64,000 bases of DNA, taken from Heteronotia binoei (lineage: Eukaryota). Under the pieces are notes generated by a model. The model was not told the DNA's origin, did no database searches, and saw only the letters and a list, made by a program, of their open reading frames with translations. Numbering within the stretch: the first letter of the stretch is position 1; every line of letters begins with the position of its first letter. The stretch lies in assembly GCF_032191835.1 (NCBI RefSeq), contig NC_083223.1, positions 226,114,001 to 226,178,000 of the forward strand. The letters are read 5' to 3'. Of the stretch, positions 61,514-64,000 are shown piece after piece. Position numbers and translations under genes: made by a program.

Positions 61514-62552
61514 TTTGGATGTAGAAAAGAATCCCGTAGAGTAGACTGACCAGAATATATATCACCAAATGCCTATGCGCGCCTAAAGCATTGGTTTTCA
61601 GCTTTTCTATACTCAGGACCCACCATTAATGTGCAGGCAGCAGCATTGGACCCATCCTGCTACCAACTATGTGACATCAAAGGGGGAGCTGAAAATTTCC
61701 ACTCTTCAAAGGTATCACCATGTACAGCACATTATAGAAATCTAACACAGACATTACCAGGCCATGTATTTTGTCTGGTTATTAAAAGGCAAAGGAGGTC
61801 AATGGACTTCAATCCATGCATTTTTGGCAGTTTTGGAGTCCCATTTCATAAATCCCTGTACAGCTGCCAATATTTTTGCTTTTATTATTATTATTTTTTT
61901 AAAGACCCAATGCTATAGACTAAAAGTGCTAAAGGGCCATGGCTCAGTTGTAGAGCATCTGCTCGTCATGCAGAAAGTCCCAGGTCAATTTCTGGTATCT
62001 CTAATTAAACAACAAGGTAGGAGGTGATGTGTAAGACCTTGAGAACTGTTGCCAGTTTGAACAGACAATACTGACCTTGATGGACCAATGGTTTGATTCA
62101 GTATAAAGCACCTTCATGTGTGTTCATGTGATACCATGTTTGTGTACATGTCTTGCTTCTCTTTGCACACACCACTTAGAGAAGCAGCCAGGTAGCAAGG
62201 AAAGCTCACTCAATGGTGAGAAGGATTAATTTTTGAACAGATAGGTTCATAGGCCCCCTTCCCACTAAAGATCTTCCATGCTTTCTCTTCTATTCCCTCA
62301 GCCTGGCCATCCGCCAATGCTCCACTCACACTTTCAGCATGAAACTCACATCCCAATCAATGAAGTCACAACTCTGGCTCCCCCTTTGATGTCACATAGT
62401 TGGTAGCAGGATGGGTCCAATGCTGCTGCCTGCACATTAATGGTGGGTCCTGAGTATAGAAAAGCTGAAAACCAATGCTTTAGGCGCGCATAGGCATTTG
62501 GTGATATATATTCTGGTCAGTCTACTCTACGGGATTCTTTTCTACATCCAAA
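61514..62552. repeat. perfect 176-bp inverted duplication with a 687-bp spacer
   Basis: 61514-61689 is the exact reverse complement of 62377-62552, checked base by base. Confidence 0.95.
61930..62110 (+). mobile_element. tRNA-derived SINE with a CR1-like 3' end
   Basis: gggccatggctcagttgtagagcatctg...gtcccaggtcaatt head and gacaatactgaccttgatggaccaatgg tail. Confidence 0.65.
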
Positions 62553-62916
62553 TAAACTTTTTGCAAACTTTTCAGATTATTCTATACATATACAAACTTA
62601 CAGAGTTCTACATATCCCCATATTTAACAGATATGTTCTCACACACAGTACATGCAGAGGAAATCCAACTCTATTCTGAGGCTATGTATTTTAGATGACA
62701 AGCTTTTAAGTTATTTTATTATGCTTTGACAAAAGAGTGAGATATTATTTGACTTTTTCATCTCAGACACAAGTGCCATTGGCCAGCCCAGGTGACACAC
62801 AAGAAAGAATCTATTTCAATTTTACATGCACTATAGAAATAATACAAAGATTTTAGCTGAAATGCTATTTGGCAGAAACACCTATAAATAGTTATGTGTA
62901 TTCCTACAAACCAAAC

Positions 62917-62917
62917 T

Positions 62918-62943
<26 letters not shown>
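62917..62943. repeat. (CT)n microsatellite
   Basis: Run of ct dinucleotides. Confidence 0.9.
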
Positions 62944-62949
<6 letters not shown>

Positions 62950-63477
62950 GAAGTGTTCCACACAGATATATTGCAGTCCTTTTCATAACAACTCCAACTT
63001 AAATCCATAATCTTATTTTATTATTTTATTGGATTTATACCACTCTCCCTATTTCCTGGCTCAGAGTGGGTAACATCATGATAAAAACAGTCTAAAACAT
63101 AAATACAATATATATACAAAAATACCTAATAATACATAATAAATAATAATATAATAAAAGATGACGTAAAACTCAGGGAGGAGTGGTGTACGATCTGCCT
63201 GGTCTAAAGGACGGGGGGGGGGGGGGGGAGAGACAAGAGGGAAGGCCAATCACCATCTTCAACCATAGGCCCAGTGGAACAACTCTTGTTTTACAAGCCC
63301 TGTGAAACTTTAAAGTGAAGTTACTCTACACAGGATAATTCCAGAGCACTAGTCATGTTAGTCTGTTGCAGCAAAATCAAAACAGAAGTCTAGTGAGACC
63401 CTTCTGGATGTAAGTTCTTTCAGGTGGCATTAGACTTCTGTATATGAATGCAGCATAAATTTTCTATCTCACATTTA

Positions 63478-64000
63478 AGAACATAAGAACATAACAGAAG
63501 CCACGTTGGACCAGGCCAATGGCCCATCCAGTCCAACACTCTGTGTCACACAGTGGCAAAAAAAAAAATTATATATAAATGTGTGTGTGTGTGTGTGTAT
63601 ACACACACAGACATATATATACACACTGTGGCTAATAGCCACTGATGGACCTCTGCTCCATATTTTTATCTAACCCCCTCTTGAAGCTGTCTATGCTTGT
63701 AGCCTCCACCACCTCCTGTGGCAGTGAATTCCGCATGTTAATCATCCTTTGAGTGAAGAAGTACTTACTTTTATCCGTTTTAACCTGACTGCTCAGCAAT
63801 TTCATTGAATGCCCATGAGTTCTTGTATTGTGAGAAAGGGAGAAAAGTACTTCTTTCTCTACTTTCTCCATCCCATGCATTATCTTGTAAACCTCTACCA
63901 TGTCACCTCGCAGTCGATACTTCTCAAGCTAAAGAGCCCCATGCATTTTAACATTTCTACATAGGGAAAGTGTTCCAAACCTTTAATCATTCTAGTTGCC
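63478..64000 (-). mobile_element. CR1 LINE 3' end (same family as 2845-3994); runs off the window edge
   Basis: aagaacataagaacata tail; ORF 63632..63901 MVEVYKIMHGMEKVEKEVLFSLSH..NSLPQEVV. Confidence 0.93.

Noticed and set aside
61514-62552. Foldback or MULE-like transposon with 176-bp TIRs
   Set aside because: There is no TSD and no transposase, and the spacer is decayed host-like DNA. It is reported as an inverted duplication instead.
58494-64000. ENTPD6 5' non-coding exon(s) and promoter
   Set aside because: There is no CpG island or convincing exon here; the TSS probably lies beyond the right edge of the window.

Overview
This is vertebrate (squamate, probably gecko) genomic DNA, not prokaryotic. 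Two host genes lie in tandem on the minus strand, in the same order as in human. ENTPD6 has all 13 coding exons recoverable by hand (58432 down to 26953; 1311 nt, 436 aa; apyrase regions ACR1-5 present). PYGB contributes only its first coding exon (4841-4599), inside a CpG island. The rest is intronic or intergenic and rich in transposable elements. These include a 7.1-kb full-length hAT (Ac-like) element with TIRs, an 8-bp TSD and a disabled BED-finger transposase, inserted into a SINE between the two genes; a Tc1 (DD34E) IR/DR element; and two BovB LINEs in inverted orientation. Also present are CR1 and L2 fragments, Penelope-like fragments (one with a recognisable minimal hammerhead ribozyme), Sauria, 5S-derived and tRNA-derived SINEs, many hAT MITEs with 8-bp TSDs, and a probable solo LTR. 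The most unusual structures are two sequence-perfect inverted duplications (46245-46635 and 61514-62552) and the internal architecture of the large hAT. All analysis is by eye; family names are from memory of consensus features and were not searched.
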